Part shown: one piece after another, positions 1-13,002 of the stretch | Position numbering within the stretch: position 1 is the stretch's first letter | Layout: every line of letters starts with the position of its first letter | Origin: Torpedo marmorata | Lineage: Eukaryota | Length of the DNA stretch: 64,000 bases | Assembly (NCBI GenBank): GCA_977017645.1 | Contig: OZ360219.1 | Coordinates: forward strand, 22,692,001 to 22,756,000 | Direction: 5' to 3' | Program-made: the position numbers and the translations under genes | The notes under the pieces: model-generated | Database searches by the model: none | What the model was told of the DNA's origin: nothing | What the model saw: the letters and a program-made list of their open reading frames with translations, nothing else

Positions 1-9
1 GCAACAGAG

Positions 10-1413
10 TTGGCCATTGCTTCTGTAAAACTATCAATGAAAAAGGCAGAGATTGGGAGAAAAATTGTCAAATACTATATAAAAGAAAAAAAGTTTGAGG
101 AGAGCGTGTTAGAGCAGTTTCCCAAGGGTAAACCTTCTGAAAACATACAGTTGGAACTAAAGAAATTGGAATTGGAACAAAAGAAATTAGACAGGGAACA
201 AAAGAAATTAGAATTGGAGGCAGCCAGGGAACAAAAGAAATTAGACACGGAATTGGAACAATAGAGATTAGACATGGAGATAGACAGAGAACAAAAGAGA
301 TACGAGAACGATGAGAAAAATAGGAAATATGAGCTGGAAAAGATGAGGTTGGAAAATGAGAGGAGACAAGAAGAGCACAAAGATCAAATTCGTCATCCTG
401 CTGAGGGGTTTTTGGCTAGTAGAGAAGTTAGGTTGGTTCCTCCATTTGAGGAGGCAGAAATAGATAAGTACTTCCAACATTTTGAGAAGGTGGCTGTGAA
501 ATTAAAATGGTCACAAGACCAATGGTCTCTTATGTTACAAAGTGTAATAAAAGGAAAAGCTCAGCAAGCTTATTGTACTCTTACCACGGAGCAAGCTGCT
601 GATTATGAAACGGTGAAAAAGGCTATACTCCAGGCTTATGAGTTAGTTCCAGAGGCTTATAGACAGAAGTTTAGAAATTTAAAAAGATCAGCAACCCAAT
701 CTTACACAGAGTTTGCCTATGAAAAGGTTGTGTGTTTTGACCGGTGGTGCACATCTAAGGCAGTAAACAATAATTACAATCAATTGAGAGAATTGATAAT
801 AATCAAGGAGATAAAAAGGTGTGTTCCTGAGGATATTAAGGCATACTTAGATGAAAAGGAGGTGAAAACTTGGCAAAATTCAGCTATGTTAGCAGATGAA
901 TATGCTTTAACCCACAAGCCTAAGTGGACGTCAGGTAGAATTTTCCAAAAGGTCACTGTGGATAATCCCAAACAAGTGGAAAGTAAATTTGGAAGTGATG
1001 TTAAGGAAAGGGATGAAGGAAAGTGGAAAAGGGAAAACCCTTCGGGTCCCATTTGCCACTACTGTAGGAAGGCTGGTCATATGCTAGCAAGTTGTCCAGT
1101 GTTGAAAAAGAAGAGAGAAAAGGATGCAACACCTAATGCTTGTATTCAGAGTGAGAAGAGGCATAACACCCAGGAAGGAGATAAATTTACTGACAAAGTT
1201 AGAGATGTATTTAAACCTTTTGTGACTGATGGTTTTGTTTCAGTTAAGGCAGGATCAAAACAAGTTCCAGTGAAAATCTTGCGAGATACTGGAGCTGCTC
1301 AGTTACTTGTGTTAGATAGTGTCTTGGAATTTTGTGAAGCTACTGACACCGGTGACATAAATTTAATTAAAGTAATTGGGGTGATGTTGAGTCCATTCCT
1401 TTGCACAAAATAG
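10..1413 (+). pseudogene. Gmr1-like gag-protease (coiled coil, SCAN-like CA, zinc knuckle, aspartic protease)
   Basis: ORFs 10-264 and 274-1413 share a frame and are separated by one stop; frameshift near 1385-1400. Confidence 0.85.
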
Positions 1414-2466
1414 TGTTGGACTCAGACTTGGTGGAAGGACCTGTTATAATAGGAGTGAGATCAGAGTTGCCAGTAGAAGGAGTCTCACTGTTGCTAGGCA
1501 ATGACTTGGCAAAGGGTAAAGTAGTTCCTGCAGTGCGAATGACCACTAAGCCAGTCATTGATAAGTCAGAGAAAGACTCTGATATTTATCCGGCATGTGC
1601 CATAACCAGGGCCATGTCTAAGAAAGATGTCACTGTAGAGAAGGCAGTGGAAAATAACTTGGTGAAAGAAAAAGTCAGTGATAATCAAGAAAACCTGGAA
1701 AAGGTTGAGCAATCTCCTATGTTATACCCATCCACTGATAAGAAACCTAAAGGCACAGATTTGTCACTATCCCAACAGGAGCTAATAGCAATGCAAAAGG
1801 ATGATCCTGATCTTGCTGAGGTGAGGGATAAGGTTCTCTCTGAAGAGGAGATTAAAAAGGTGCCAGTGGGTTATTATGAAAAAGATGGGGTGTTGATGAG
1901 AAAGTGGAGACCATGTGATGTTCCTGCCAATGAAGAATGGGCAGTAGTGCAGCAGATTGTGATCCCTAAAGTATATAGGGATGCAATAATAACTTTGGCT
2001 CATAGTACACCCTTAGGTGGTCACCTTGGGGTGAAGAAAACTATAAGGAAGTTAATGAAACAATTTTATTGGCCCAGTTTGAGAAGGGAGGTTGTAAGCT
2101 TTTGCCGGGCCTGTCACACTTGTCTGGTGGTGGGTAAACCTAATCAGGGTCCCCCGGTGGCACCCTTGCAACCTATCCCTGCTTTCAGTGAGGCTTTCTC
2201 GCGAGTAATTGTGGACTGTGTTGGCCCTTTGCCCAAAACCAAAGCGGGGAATGAGTATTTGTTAACAATTATGTGTGCAGCCACCAGATTTCCAGAGGCC
2301 ATTCCTCTGAGAAACATTAAAGCAAAGTCAATTGTAAAGGCTATGGTAAAGTTTTTCACCTTGGTAGGTTTGCCAAGGGAAATTCAATCAGATCAGGGCA
2401 GTAATTTCATGTCAGGCGTTTTCCAACAAGTGGTTGATGGACTGGCAGTTAAACAGATTGTATCCT

Positions 2467-5282
2467 TATTAAGATTGCAGGTATTAAAGTTGGTAATGAA
2501 GAACACAAAATTAGTTTATTTGCAGATGACGTATTGATATATATGACAAAACCTATTAATTCTTTAATGCAATTGTCTGTTTTATTGAAAGAATATGGGG
2601 AAATATCTGGTTATAAAATTAATTCGGATAAAATTGAAATTATGCCTTTAACACAAGGGGATTATAGTAAATGTAAAGAAATTACACAATTTAAATGGTC
2701 AAAGGAAGGAATTAAATATTTGGGAAAAAGATTGATACAAAATTAACTAATTTGTATAAATTAAACTATTTACCATTATTTGTGAATATAAAAAAAGACC
2801 TGGAGAGTTGGAAGGATTTACCTATAACTCTAATGGGAAGGGTAAATTGTATTAAAATGAATGTTTTTCCGAGAATTCAATATCTTTTTCAATCAATTCC
2901 TTATGAAATTCCTCAGAAATTTTTTAAAGATTTAAATTTAATTATTAGGAAATTTTTGTGGAAAGGAAAGTTGGCTAGAGTAGGTATGGAGAAATTAACC
3001 TGGAATTATGAAATGGGTGGTCTACAGCTTCCTAATTTTCAATATTACTATAAAACAGCACAACTAAAATTTATTAACAAATTGTTTGATTTAGGAAAAC
3101 TCTCTGCTTGGATTAGAATAGAATTAAATAATATAGGAGAGGATTTGAAAGAAGAAGTCATTTATAAATGGAATTCTAAATTATTATTAACTAGAGGGAA
3201 AAATTCTCCTATTTTTAGACATTTGTTAGAAATATGGAATAGAGTGGATAGAGAAATAGGAGCGAAAGGGTCAATTTCTCTAAAAATGCCTCTGTATCAA
3301 AATAAACTTATCCCATTTACTGTTGATAATCAATTATTTAAAATTTGGTTCCAAAAGGGAATTAAGGAAATAAATGATTGTTTTGAAGCTGGTAAATTTA
3401 TTACGTTTCAAAGAATGAAAGATAAGTTTAATGTAGCAAATAATACAATCTTTGCTTACTATCAAATCAGAGCATTTTTAGTTGAAAGGTTGGGCCATAG
3501 TTCGATTTTACCAAGACAGACTGAATTGGAATTATTAGTTACTAATGGAGGTGTTACTAAATTTATTTCTCAAATGTATAGATTGTTACAGAGGAAATTG
3601 CCTAAACCAGGAATTCACAAATCAAGATTAAATTGGGAAACAGATTTGAATGTAACAATAGATGAAGAACACTGGAAAAAATTATGTAAACAAAGTATGA
3701 CGAAGATTATTAATGTTAGATATAGATTGGCGCAATATAATTTTTTTCATCAACTATATTTAACACCTAAAAGACTAAAGAAATTTAATCCGACATTATC
3801 TGGTTTATGTTTTAGATGTAATAGTGAGGAAGGTTCTTTTGTACATTCAAGATTCAATTTATTGTCACAGCAATAAGACAGTGTCATATACCACAAAATT
3901 TCTTTTTGCCTGCTGCAAGGCAGACAGATTCGTCATCGGCAGAAATTGCCTAAGCGCCTCTAACATTCCTTACAGTCAGAGAAAGAGAAGCAAAAGAGAG
4001 TCCCCAAAGTGTCACCGAGTGTCCATAGATTCGCCTCCAGCGCTTCCGCAGCCACACAGAGTCCAGTCCAAATGATCGGCATCCCGAGCTCCAGATCCGA
4101 ACCTCCAACACGGTCAGGTCACCCTCGGCACCCCCTCACATCCCGGTTCCGATACCTGGTACTCCTCCAGCCAGTTCGAGCCAACCTCCAGCAGTCCGCA
4201 GCCCGTCATGAGTCCCCCGACAGCAGTCTCCAGCAGCCCACAGTCTCCGCGGGTTCCTCGCCTCGAGTCGCCAGCAGCCCGCCGCATGCACTGGTCCTTC
4301 AGCCTCTGAGCCCCTCACCGGTCCACCGCTGTGCTCACCGTCCCGTGGGTCGTCTCCTCCGCTTCTCCTTCTCAGACGGGGGTGATCTTCCCGTCCACTG
4401 GTGCCCTGCTCATGTCCCCCGCTTCCCCGGAGTCTGCAGCCCCTCGTGGCTGCTGCCGATTAATAGGCGCTGCCATCTTGGGCGCAGACACCGCGGTCCC
4501 GGGATCTCAAATAAAACCACCGTCGGCTCCTTTAACGGGCCGTTAAAAACCCGTGCGGAACCGACGGCAGTCGACTGGGCGGCTGGACCCCGCGGGAGCG
4601 CTGTATCTCCGCTGCCACGCTCCTCGCGGGTCCGCACCAGCGGCAGCGCTGCCGCTACAGCGGCTCCGGTAGCGCCGCCATCACTGGCTACTTGGTTTTG
4701 TCCAAAAATGTATGACTTTTGGTTGAAGGTTAAAAAGTTTTTAGATGAAGTATTAAGAATTACACTCCCAATGGATCCTATGATATTTTTGTTTGGAGAT
4801 ATTAAAAGAACTAGTGTTAAAATGAAATTAAATATGTATCAAACAGAATTTTTACGTATTGCTTTAGCCGTTTCTAAGAAATGTATTGCCATTACATGGA
4901 ATCAGATGTAGATTTAGGGTTAGAAAGATGGCATGCAGAATTGCGTTCATGTATACCACTTGAAAAAATTACTTATAATTTACGTAATAAATATCATTTA
5001 ATTTTGAAAATATGGAGCCCATATATAAAAACTGTCGGTTTAAGAATTTGAAGATCTCCAGATATTGGATCTGACTGGCGAACCTGTGTTCCACTATAAA
5101 ATTAGTCTCTAGTAGTTTTGTTTACAGTGACATTCTCCTTACTTTTTTATGTTTTTCTTCCTTTTTTTCGGGAGGGTTAGGGAAGGAGGGGAGGGTGAAA
5201 ATGTATCACATGTAATCTGATAATTTTGCAATTTAAACTATGTACTGTGTGATTTAAAATTTTTAAATAAAATATTAAAAGA
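2467..5282 (+). mobile_element. 5'-truncated L1 inserted in the Gmr1 integrase
   Basis: KISLFADDV RT C-terminus through CFRC and CIPLEKITY, then 3' UTR and A-rich tail. TSD aaacagattgtatcct (2451-2466) / aaccagattgtatcct (5283-5298). Confidence 0.92.
3849..4687 (-). mobile_element. Non-autonomous ~840-bp retroelement (GC-rich head, Rex/L2-type tail) inserted in L1 ORF2
   Basis: Interrupts the L1 motif FVHS|TWFCPK. Minus strand starts ccagtgatggcggcg and ends gacaataaattgaatcttgaat. No TSD. Confidence 0.75.
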
Positions 5283-6129
5283 AACCAGATTGTATCCTCT
5301 GCGTATCATCCAGAAAGTCAAGGGGCCTTGGAGAGGTTCCATTCGACTTTGAAAACCATGATGAGAACCTATTGTTGTGGAAAGGAAAAGGATTGGGATG
5401 AGGGGGTTCATTTGTTGTTATTTGCAGCGAGGGAGTCTGTCCAAGAATCACTTGGTTTTAGTCCATTTGAGTTAGTTTTCGGACATGAGGTGAGAGGTCC
5501 TTTAAGATTATTAAAAGAATAGTGGATTAATCGTGATGTGCATTTAAATCTATTCGATTATGTTTCAAAATTTAAGGATCGATTGCATAGGGCTTGTGAG
5601 ATGGCAAAGGAGAATTTAAAGGCCACTCAACAGAGAATGAAGGTTTGGTATGATCAAAAGCGAAGATGAGAACTTTTAAACCTGGTGAGAACGTATTAGT
5701 TCTGTTTCCCATCCATTCAAATCTTCTTAGGGCTAGATTTTCAGGACCCTATAGATTTAAGTCAAAAATTAATGATGCCACCTATGTCATAGAAACACCT
5801 AATCGCAGACGAGACACACAGGTCTGTCATGTGAATATGATTAAGCCATATTTTGAACAGGTGCCGCAAAAAGGGACTGAACATTTACCAGAGGTGCTGG
5901 TTATTGATCAGGGTAAGGAGGAGACAGATAAAACTAGTTTCAGAGAGGGTCATGGGACACAGAAATTGATAAGCCCAAGGTTAGAAAATTCCATGATTTT
6001 GCGCAATCTGGAGACAAAGTTGGCTCATCTGAAAACTTCAGAAAAGGAAGAGATGAATCAGTTATTTTTAAAATTTATAAATTTATTTCCCGATGTGCCT
6101 CAGAAAATTTCCATCGCTTATCATGATAT

Positions 6130-7371
6130 GGATGTAGGAGATGCAAGACTGATAAAACAGCATCCCTATCGAATCAATGCGGAAAAGTGCAAACTGGTAG
6201 ATCAGGAAATTGACTACATGGTAAAGAACAATATCATTCGAAAGTCTACTTCCAATTGGAGTTCCCCTTGTGTTTTAGTGCCTTAGCCTGATGGAAATGT
6301 TAGGTTTTGCACTGATTATAGGAAAGTAAATGCTGTAACAAAGACAGATGCTTATCCTATTCCTAGAATAGACGATTGTATAGACAAGGTAGGGAAGGCC
6401 AAATTTCTTACAAAAATTGACTTATTAAAAGGGTACTGGCGTGTTCCATGACAAAAAGGGCTAGGGAGATTTCTGCATTCGTAACACCTTTTGGGCTGTA
6501 TGAGTATAATGTTATGCCTTTTGGTATGAAGAATGCTCCAGGAACATTTCAGAGAATGATTAATTCAGTAATTCAAGGGTTGAAAAACACAGGTGCTTAC
6601 ATTGATGATTTAATTGTAAGTTGTGAGATCTGGGAAGAGCATGTCTTTGAGCTAAAACAATTGTTTGAACGACTGTCCAAAGCAAATCTCACAGTTAATT
6701 TAAGTAAAAGTGAGTTTGGACATGCTACTGTTATTTATCTGGGTTATGTAGTAGGACAGGGGTAGTTGGCGCCAGTAGAGGCAAAGGTTGTGACTATTTC
6801 CGAGTTCCCTGTTCCAACTGGTAAGAAAACTCTGAGGAGGTTCCTGGGAATGATTGGCTACTACCGCAAGTTCTGTAAAAACTTTGCTGATCTTGCGCTC
6901 CCTCTCACAAATTTGCTTAGAAAGAAAGAAAAATTTGTATGGTCGACAGGTTGTCAGGAAGCATTTGTCAAATTGAAAGCCATGTTATGCCACCAACCTG
7001 TGCTTAAGTCACCTAATTTAGAACAGCCGTTTTCTTTAGCCGTGGATGCCAGCGATGAAGCTGTGGGTGCGGTGCTGTTACAGAAGAAGAACGAAGAGGA
7101 CACTGACCACCCGGTATCCTACTTCTCGAAGAATTATTCAACCATAAAAAAAGAGTTGTTGGCTCTCCAACACTTTGATGTTTATATCTGTACAGCTCAA
7201 AAACCACTCATAGTGTATACTGACCATAATCCATTGTTTTTTCTTTGTAAAATGAAAAATAAGAATCGACGGTTGTTGAATTGGAGTCTAATTTTGCAAG
7301 AATATGATTTGGTAATAACACATATAAAAGGGAAAAATAATGTAATTGCTGATTGTCTTTCTAGATGTTAA
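6130..7371 (+). pseudogene. Gmr1-like reverse transcriptase / RNase H
   Basis: IKQHPYR, WSSPCVLVP, YNVMPFGMKNAPGTFQR, YIDDL, RFLGMIGYYRKF, VDASD, IADCLSR; contains several stops and small deletions. Confidence 0.88.
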
Positions 7372-7503
7372 ACTTTATCAATGAAAATAGTTCATATTTT
7401 GTACTTGTGGATGAACATTATGGATTTTGTTTATATTGTGACACCTCAATTCATTTCCAAAATTTTGTTCTTGCAGACCAAAATTTTCTTTGTGGGTGGG
7501 AGG

Positions 7504-8362
7504 TGTTATGGACCATGACTGACCATTTGGACTGCGGACGGTCAGCAGGAAGGATGAAGTATTTTGGAGTACACACTGGGACCAGGTACTGAAAGAGTTA
7601 ACTTGCCCAGGACTTGGTGTACCCAGAGAGAGAGAGAGACCAGAGAGAGACAGGCTGTGGAAAAGATACTTTGTTGCACTTTTGCAAAAGCAGGTGCAAA
7701 CCTCTGCAAAAAGCAGGCAGTTTTGGAGTTGCAAAGGCTAGAGAACACAGCAAAATCCAGGCTTGTGCATCCCAGGGGAAAAGGCTGGGAGAATAGCACA
7801 TGGCCTCCTGTCTCAGCAAAATCCTGAGTTAAAGCAACTTTTGTGGTGAACAGGCGTGAGATCAGCGAGACCAGCTGTGAGATCCAAGTACACGTCTCAA
7901 TCAGTGGTATACTGATTTGGAGTCACAATCCTCGTGAATCTCTACCAAAAAGGAACGTCATCAGAGAAGAAAAGCAAGCCAAGTATTCGTAAGCATAAAC
8001 AGTCATTGTCTCTCTCCAACGTTCATTAAGAAGTCCTTCTTGCCAGCACACAGAGCTGAATTTGGATCCTGAACATAGAGAGTGAATTTTTGTGGACTGT
8101 ATTATTTTTTTCTGACTGGCTTGTTTTTATGACTGACCTGAGGTTTTTGGGGAAAGTTTTTTCCATTTTTACATGAGGGTTGGGTACTGTAATGGTCTGG
8201 GCTTTACACACACACCTTTTAGATAAGAATAGTGTTTATAGACGTTTATAGTGGGGATAATTGTTGTGAAATTATATGTTTAATTGTCTTTAATAAATAT
8301 AAATTTCAATTTTACCCCTTTTGCATTGCGTCTTCTGTCGTTGCTGGTTTGAATTTGTAACA
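7504..8362 (+). repeat. 3' LTR of the Gmr1-like element
   Basis: Follows the purine tract gggtgggagg; termini TGTTA...TAACA; AATAAA near 8292; sequence switches abruptly to an unrelated integrase at 8363. Confidence 0.8.
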
Positions 8363-11011
8363 GCTGAATGATTTACAACGCTGTACTCTTGCGTTCCTCC
8401 AGCATGATGCTGTTCGCAAACCACTTCAGCCCGTTTACGATGGTCCTTTTCAGGTCTTACGACGACACCAGAAGACTTTTGTGATCGAATATGTAAATAA
8501 ATATGCAACAGGTGTCACCGACTTCATCAAGACCTGCGTGGATGAGTGTGTGCCCACGCACAAATACCGGGTGTTCCACAACCAGAAGCCCTGGATGAAC
8601 CAGAGAATTCGCAACCTGCTGAGGACGAGAACAAGGGCGTTTAAGGCCGGGGACCGGGATCTTTACAAGAAGTCCAGGCACGACCTGCGGAAGGCCATCT
8701 CTGAAGCAAAGTGGCAATTCCGGAGGAAGCTAGAGACAGATTAACGCCAGTTATGGCAGGGAGTGCAGGCCATTACAGCCTACAAAGCGAGGGCGAACAC
8801 TATAGACGGCGGTGATGCTTCACTACCCGATGAGCTGAACACCTTCTATGCCTGCTTTGAGAAGAACAAAACTGCCTACTAGAATCCCTGAAAAGGCTGA
8901 GGACCCTGTGATATCTGTCTCTGAGGGCGACATCAGAACATCATTCAAGAGGGTGAACCCTCGCAAGGCGTCAGGCCCTGACGGCGTACCTGGCAGGGTA
9001 CTGAAAATCTGTGCCAACCAACTAGCCGGAGTGTTCACGGACATTCTCAACCTCTCATTGCGGCAGTCAGAGGTTCCCACCTGCTTCAAAATGGCATCAA
9101 TCTTCCCGGTACCCAAGAAGAGTAGTGTGGGCTGCCTCAACGACTACCACCCAGTAGCACTAACTTCTACTGTGATGAAATGATTTGAGAGCCTGGTCAT
9201 GGCCAGAACTAACACGTACCTAAGCAAAGATCTGGACCCACTGCAATTCGCCTATCGTCACAATCGCTCCACAGCAGATGTAATATCACTGGCTCTCCAC
9301 TCAGCTCTGGATCACCTCGAAAACTGCAATTCATACATACGGCTGCTTTTCATCGACTACAGCTCGGCCTTCAATACCATTATTCCTTCAGTGCTGGTCA
9401 AAAAGCTACAAACTCTAGGCCTCTGTACCCCACTCTGCAACTGGATCCTTGATTTTCTCATCGGAAGACCACAGTCAGTACGAATTGGAAACATCGTCTC
9501 CTCCTCACTGATTATCAACACAGGCACACCCCAAGGATGCGTGCTTAGTCCACTGCTCTACTCGTTATACACCCATGACTGTGTGGCCAGGCACAATTCC
9601 AATGCCATCTACAAGTTTGCCGACGACACCACAGTTGTCGGCAGAATCACAAACGGCAATGAGGAAGCGTACAGGAGGGAGATAGATCAGCTCGTTGAAT
9701 GGTGTAATGACAACAACCTTGAGATCAACGTCAGCAAAACCAAGGAGATGATTGTGGACTTCAGGAGGAAGTCAGGGGAACATGACCCAGTCCTCATCGA
9801 GGGCTCAGTAGTGGAGAGGGTCAAGAACTTCAAATTCCTGGGTGTCAACATCTCCGAGGATCTGTCCTGGAGCATCCACGTTGATGCAATCACAAAGAAG
9901 GCTCGTCAGCGGCTATACTTTGTGAGGTGTCTGCAGAGATTTGGTATGTCACCGAAGACACTCGTAAACTTCTACAGGTGTACCGTGGAGAGCATTCTGG
10001 CTGGTTGCATCACTGCCTGGTATGGAGGCGCCAACTCTCAGGACAAGAGTAAACTCCAGAGCGTTGTTAACTCGGCCTGTGATATCATAGGCACCAAACT
10101 TCACTCCATCGAGGACATCTACATGAGGCGGTGTCTTAAAAAAGCAGCCTCTATCCTCAAAGACCCCCACCACCCAGGCCATGCCCTCTTCACTCTGCTT
10201 CCATTGGGAAAAAGGTACAGGAGCCTAAAGATGAGCACTCAATGGCACAAGGACAGCTTCTTCCCCGCTGCCATCAGATTCCTGAATAATCAATGAACCA
10301 AAGACACTGCCTTACTTTTCGTGCAGTTATTTATAATTTTTATAGTAAAGTCATAAGATGGTTAATATGAATGTTAATTGCACTATGATGCTGCCGCAAA
10401 ACACTGAATTTCATGACTTGTTCATGAGAATAAATTCTGATTCTGATAGGAATGGAAAAGCTGACACGGTTTCCATTGACAGGTTGAAGCCGGTGTATAT
10501 CAACGGTCCATGTTCTGCGTCGGAGCCAGAGTCAGAGGACCAGTCGCACCCTTGCCAGTTGGACCGTGCATCACCTGTCTTGCACTATCGTACAAGGTCG
10601 GGCCGAACTGTCAGCTCTCCGGCCCGTTACGTAGCGGGACAGTTCTAATCAGTCGTCTCCTTGCAAGGCTCGGAGGCTGATGGCGGGGTGCTGTCGCGGC
10701 CGCATACTTACCTTCGTAGGGAGCGTGATGCGACGTGCAGGGGTAATAGTGTGCATGTGCGTGTGTTAAGCGTCAGTATACGGGTGATGAATCTCAGATG
10801 CAGAAGGAGGAGAGTGAGAGTGTCAGGATCACCCGTGTGGCAGTGAGCCAATGAGAAGGTCAGAGGAGTTTAGCTGGGTGGTGTTTGGGGAGTTGAAGAA
10901 TGCAATGTTGTGTCTAGTGAATAATAAAAGTCGACATCATGGTGTGCCGAAAGAAACGAGTGAGTGTATTCTTTATTTGTTTGTAAGCTGTGGTAAATCA
11001 GTGCCATTGCA
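8363..11011 (+). mobile_element. Second Gypsy element: integrase C-terminus, PPT and 3' LTR (~10692-11011), split by a Rex LINE
   Basis: HDAVRKPLQPVYDGPFQVLRRHQKTFVI | DRNGKADTVSIDRLKP (GPY/F module) rejoins across 8489-10446; YRTRSGR tail; LTR starts TGT at 10692 with AATAAA near 10924. LTR end is approximate. Confidence 0.78.
8489..10446 (+). mobile_element. 5'-truncated Rex1/Babar-type LINE (RT plus DUF1891-like C-terminus)
   Basis: [62 protein letters not shown]; tail aataaa(ttctga)2. Confidence 0.88.
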
Positions 11012-11586
11012 CATTATAATGAAAATTCTTCTGTCATCAGCAGTGGAGGTCTTCCTTGGCCTACCAGTCCCTTTGTGATTACTGAGCTCACCAATATGCT
11101 CTTTCTTCTTAATGATATTCCAAACAGTTGATCTTGGGAATCCTAAGGTTTTGGTGATGATTCGTACTGTTTTATTCTTGTTTTCCCTTCTCATAATGGC
11201 TTCTTTGACTTTGATTGGTACAACTCTGGTCCTCAGTGTTGAAAAATGCCAACTACAGACTCCAAAGGTGATCAAAAGCTTAGAAGCAAGCCGAGCTCTC
11301 TTATACCTGCACCAATGAAGCAATTAAACATACCTGAGTACTCACAAACACCTGTGAAGCCAAATGTCCCAAACATTATAGTGCCCTGAAATGAGGGGAT
11401 TATGCATAAAAAGTGCTGTAATTTCTGCATGATCAAACCAAAATGTATACAAATAACCTTGAATAAGAATCGGGAATGTGCACTTTAATTACATATGAAT
11501 TGTTTGATTACAAATTTAAAACTGTGGAGACCAGGGGCAAATAAAGGAAAAAAGTGTTTTTGTCCCAAACATTATGGAGGGCACTG
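11012..11586 (-). mobile_element. Tc1-like DNA transposon, 5' part (IR/DR type)
   Basis: Terminus TA|CAGTGCCCTCCATAATGTTTGGGACA at 11586; inner direct repeat tgtcccaaacattat at ~11365 and 11561; transposase N-terminus TLGFPRSTVWNIIKK...TGRPRKTS (paired HTH and GRPR). Confidence 0.85.
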
Positions 11587-12788
11587 TATAGAACAGCAAA
11601 ACTCCCAGCTCCAATCTCCATGGAACACCAGTGGTTACAGGCATCCATCACAAAACAATCCTTCACCATCTGCCTGTTTCTTATCCCCAAGCCAATTTTA
11701 GATCCAATTTATCATCTTGCCTGGATTCAATGAGTCCTAACCTTCTGGACCTTTTTCCCCACATGAGACTTGTCAGGGGCCTTAATGAAATCCATGTAAA
11801 CCACAGCTACTGCACTTCCCTCAACAATAGATTGTTACCCCTTTGAAAAATCAGATTGATCAGTCAAAATCTGTCTAATCTCTGATTAGTCTCTGTTTTT
11901 CCAAGTGATCATTAATCCTGAACTTCTCCAATTATTTCTTCAATAATTTCTCTTCTTCTGATGTTTGGCTCACAGGTCAGTAATTATCTGGGTTTTTCTT
12001 GCTGCCTTTCTTGAAAAAAAGGGGACATTTGCCGTCCTCCTGTCATCTCGTACATCACTTGTGGACAGCGAAGATTTAAAAATCTCAGAGCCCCAGCAAT
12101 CTCTTCCCTTGCCTTTCAGAGCAGTCAGGGATAAATTTCTTGAAGTTTTGGATATTTATTCACCTTTAGAAAATGCTAATGCATTGAGTATCTCCTTTAT
12201 TTATGGATACTTGAACAAGAACTTCACCTTCCCCTTTGCGAAATCCTCCAGCTACAAAGACCATTTCCTTTGTGAATATCGATGAAAAATGCTCATTTAG
12301 GACCTTGTCTCTATCTTCTGGCTCTTTGCACAGATTGCATATATTGTCCCTCATGGGACCTACTCTTTGCTTGGTTATTCTTTTTCACGATGTACATCAA
12401 ATGCCTTTAGATTTGCTTAAATCCTGTCCATTAATGATATTTCCTGATACCTCTGCCTTTCAAATTTCCTTTTTAAGTGCCTCTCTGAACTTTTTAACAT
12501 CTTGACAGGCCTCCCTTACGTTAATTACCTGTACTTACCATATGCTTCTTTTTTTCTCTTTATCCAATCCTGGATATCTTTCAACGTCCTGGGTTCTCTG
12601 TACTTGGCATCCTGGCCTTTCACTCTTACAGGAACTGGTCAGCCATTAACTCTTACTACCGTATATTTCGGCGTATAAGTCGACCCTTGAAACCCTCAAA
12701 AATGTCTCAAAAAACGGGGGTCGACTTATACGCCGGATATACTTTTGAGACCTTAAATTCAGCTCAAAATCGAGTTCACGCCGATCTG

Positions 12789-12940
12789 GCGTATAAGTCG
12801 ACCCCTGAAAACACGATTCCGCGTATAAGTCGACCCCTGAAAACACGATTCCGCGTATAAGTCGACCCCTGAAAACACGATTCGGCGTATAAGTCGACCC
12901 CTGAAAACACGATTCGGCGTATAAGTCGACCCCTGAAAAA
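12789..12940. repeat. 31-bp subterminal tandem array of the pogo element
   Basis: gcgtataagtcgacccctgaaaacacgattc repeated about 4.7 times; each unit contains the TIR core. Confidence 0.9.
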
Positions 12941-13002
12941 CCAAAAAAAAACCCGACTGCAACAAATTTTCATTGACATTTTAATTGAAAACAACAAGAC
13001 AT

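Larger units (their letters stand above)
1401..5870 (+). pseudogene. Gmr1-like integrase split by an L1 insertion (1401-2466 and 5299-~5870)
   Basis: ...GLAVKQIVS | SAYHPESQGALERFH...RFSGPY...HVNMIKPY; the two halves rejoin across the TSD. Confidence 0.88.
1..8362 (+). mobile_element. Gmr1-like Ty3/Gypsy LTR retrotransposon (gag-PR-IN-RT-RH), degenerate; 5' end outside the window; interrupted by an L1
   Basis: SCAN-like capsid, CCHC knuckle CHYCRKAGHMLASC, protease LRDTGA, integrase (H2C2, DCVGPL, SDQGSNF, GALERFH), then RT (MPFGMKNAP, YIDD) and RNase H (VDASD, YTDHNPL). PPT and 3' LTR follow. Confidence 0.92.

Noticed and set aside
4009-4911. 300-aa Pro/Ser-rich ORF
   Set aside because: Chance reading through the antisense GC-rich insert that runs into the L1 ORF2 C-terminus; not a gene.
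12646-12997. Repeat arrays resembling CRISPR, and their repetitive ORFs (also 14317-14610)
   Set aside because: Units are tandem with no unique spacers and lie within pogo ends; eukaryotic context with no cas genes.
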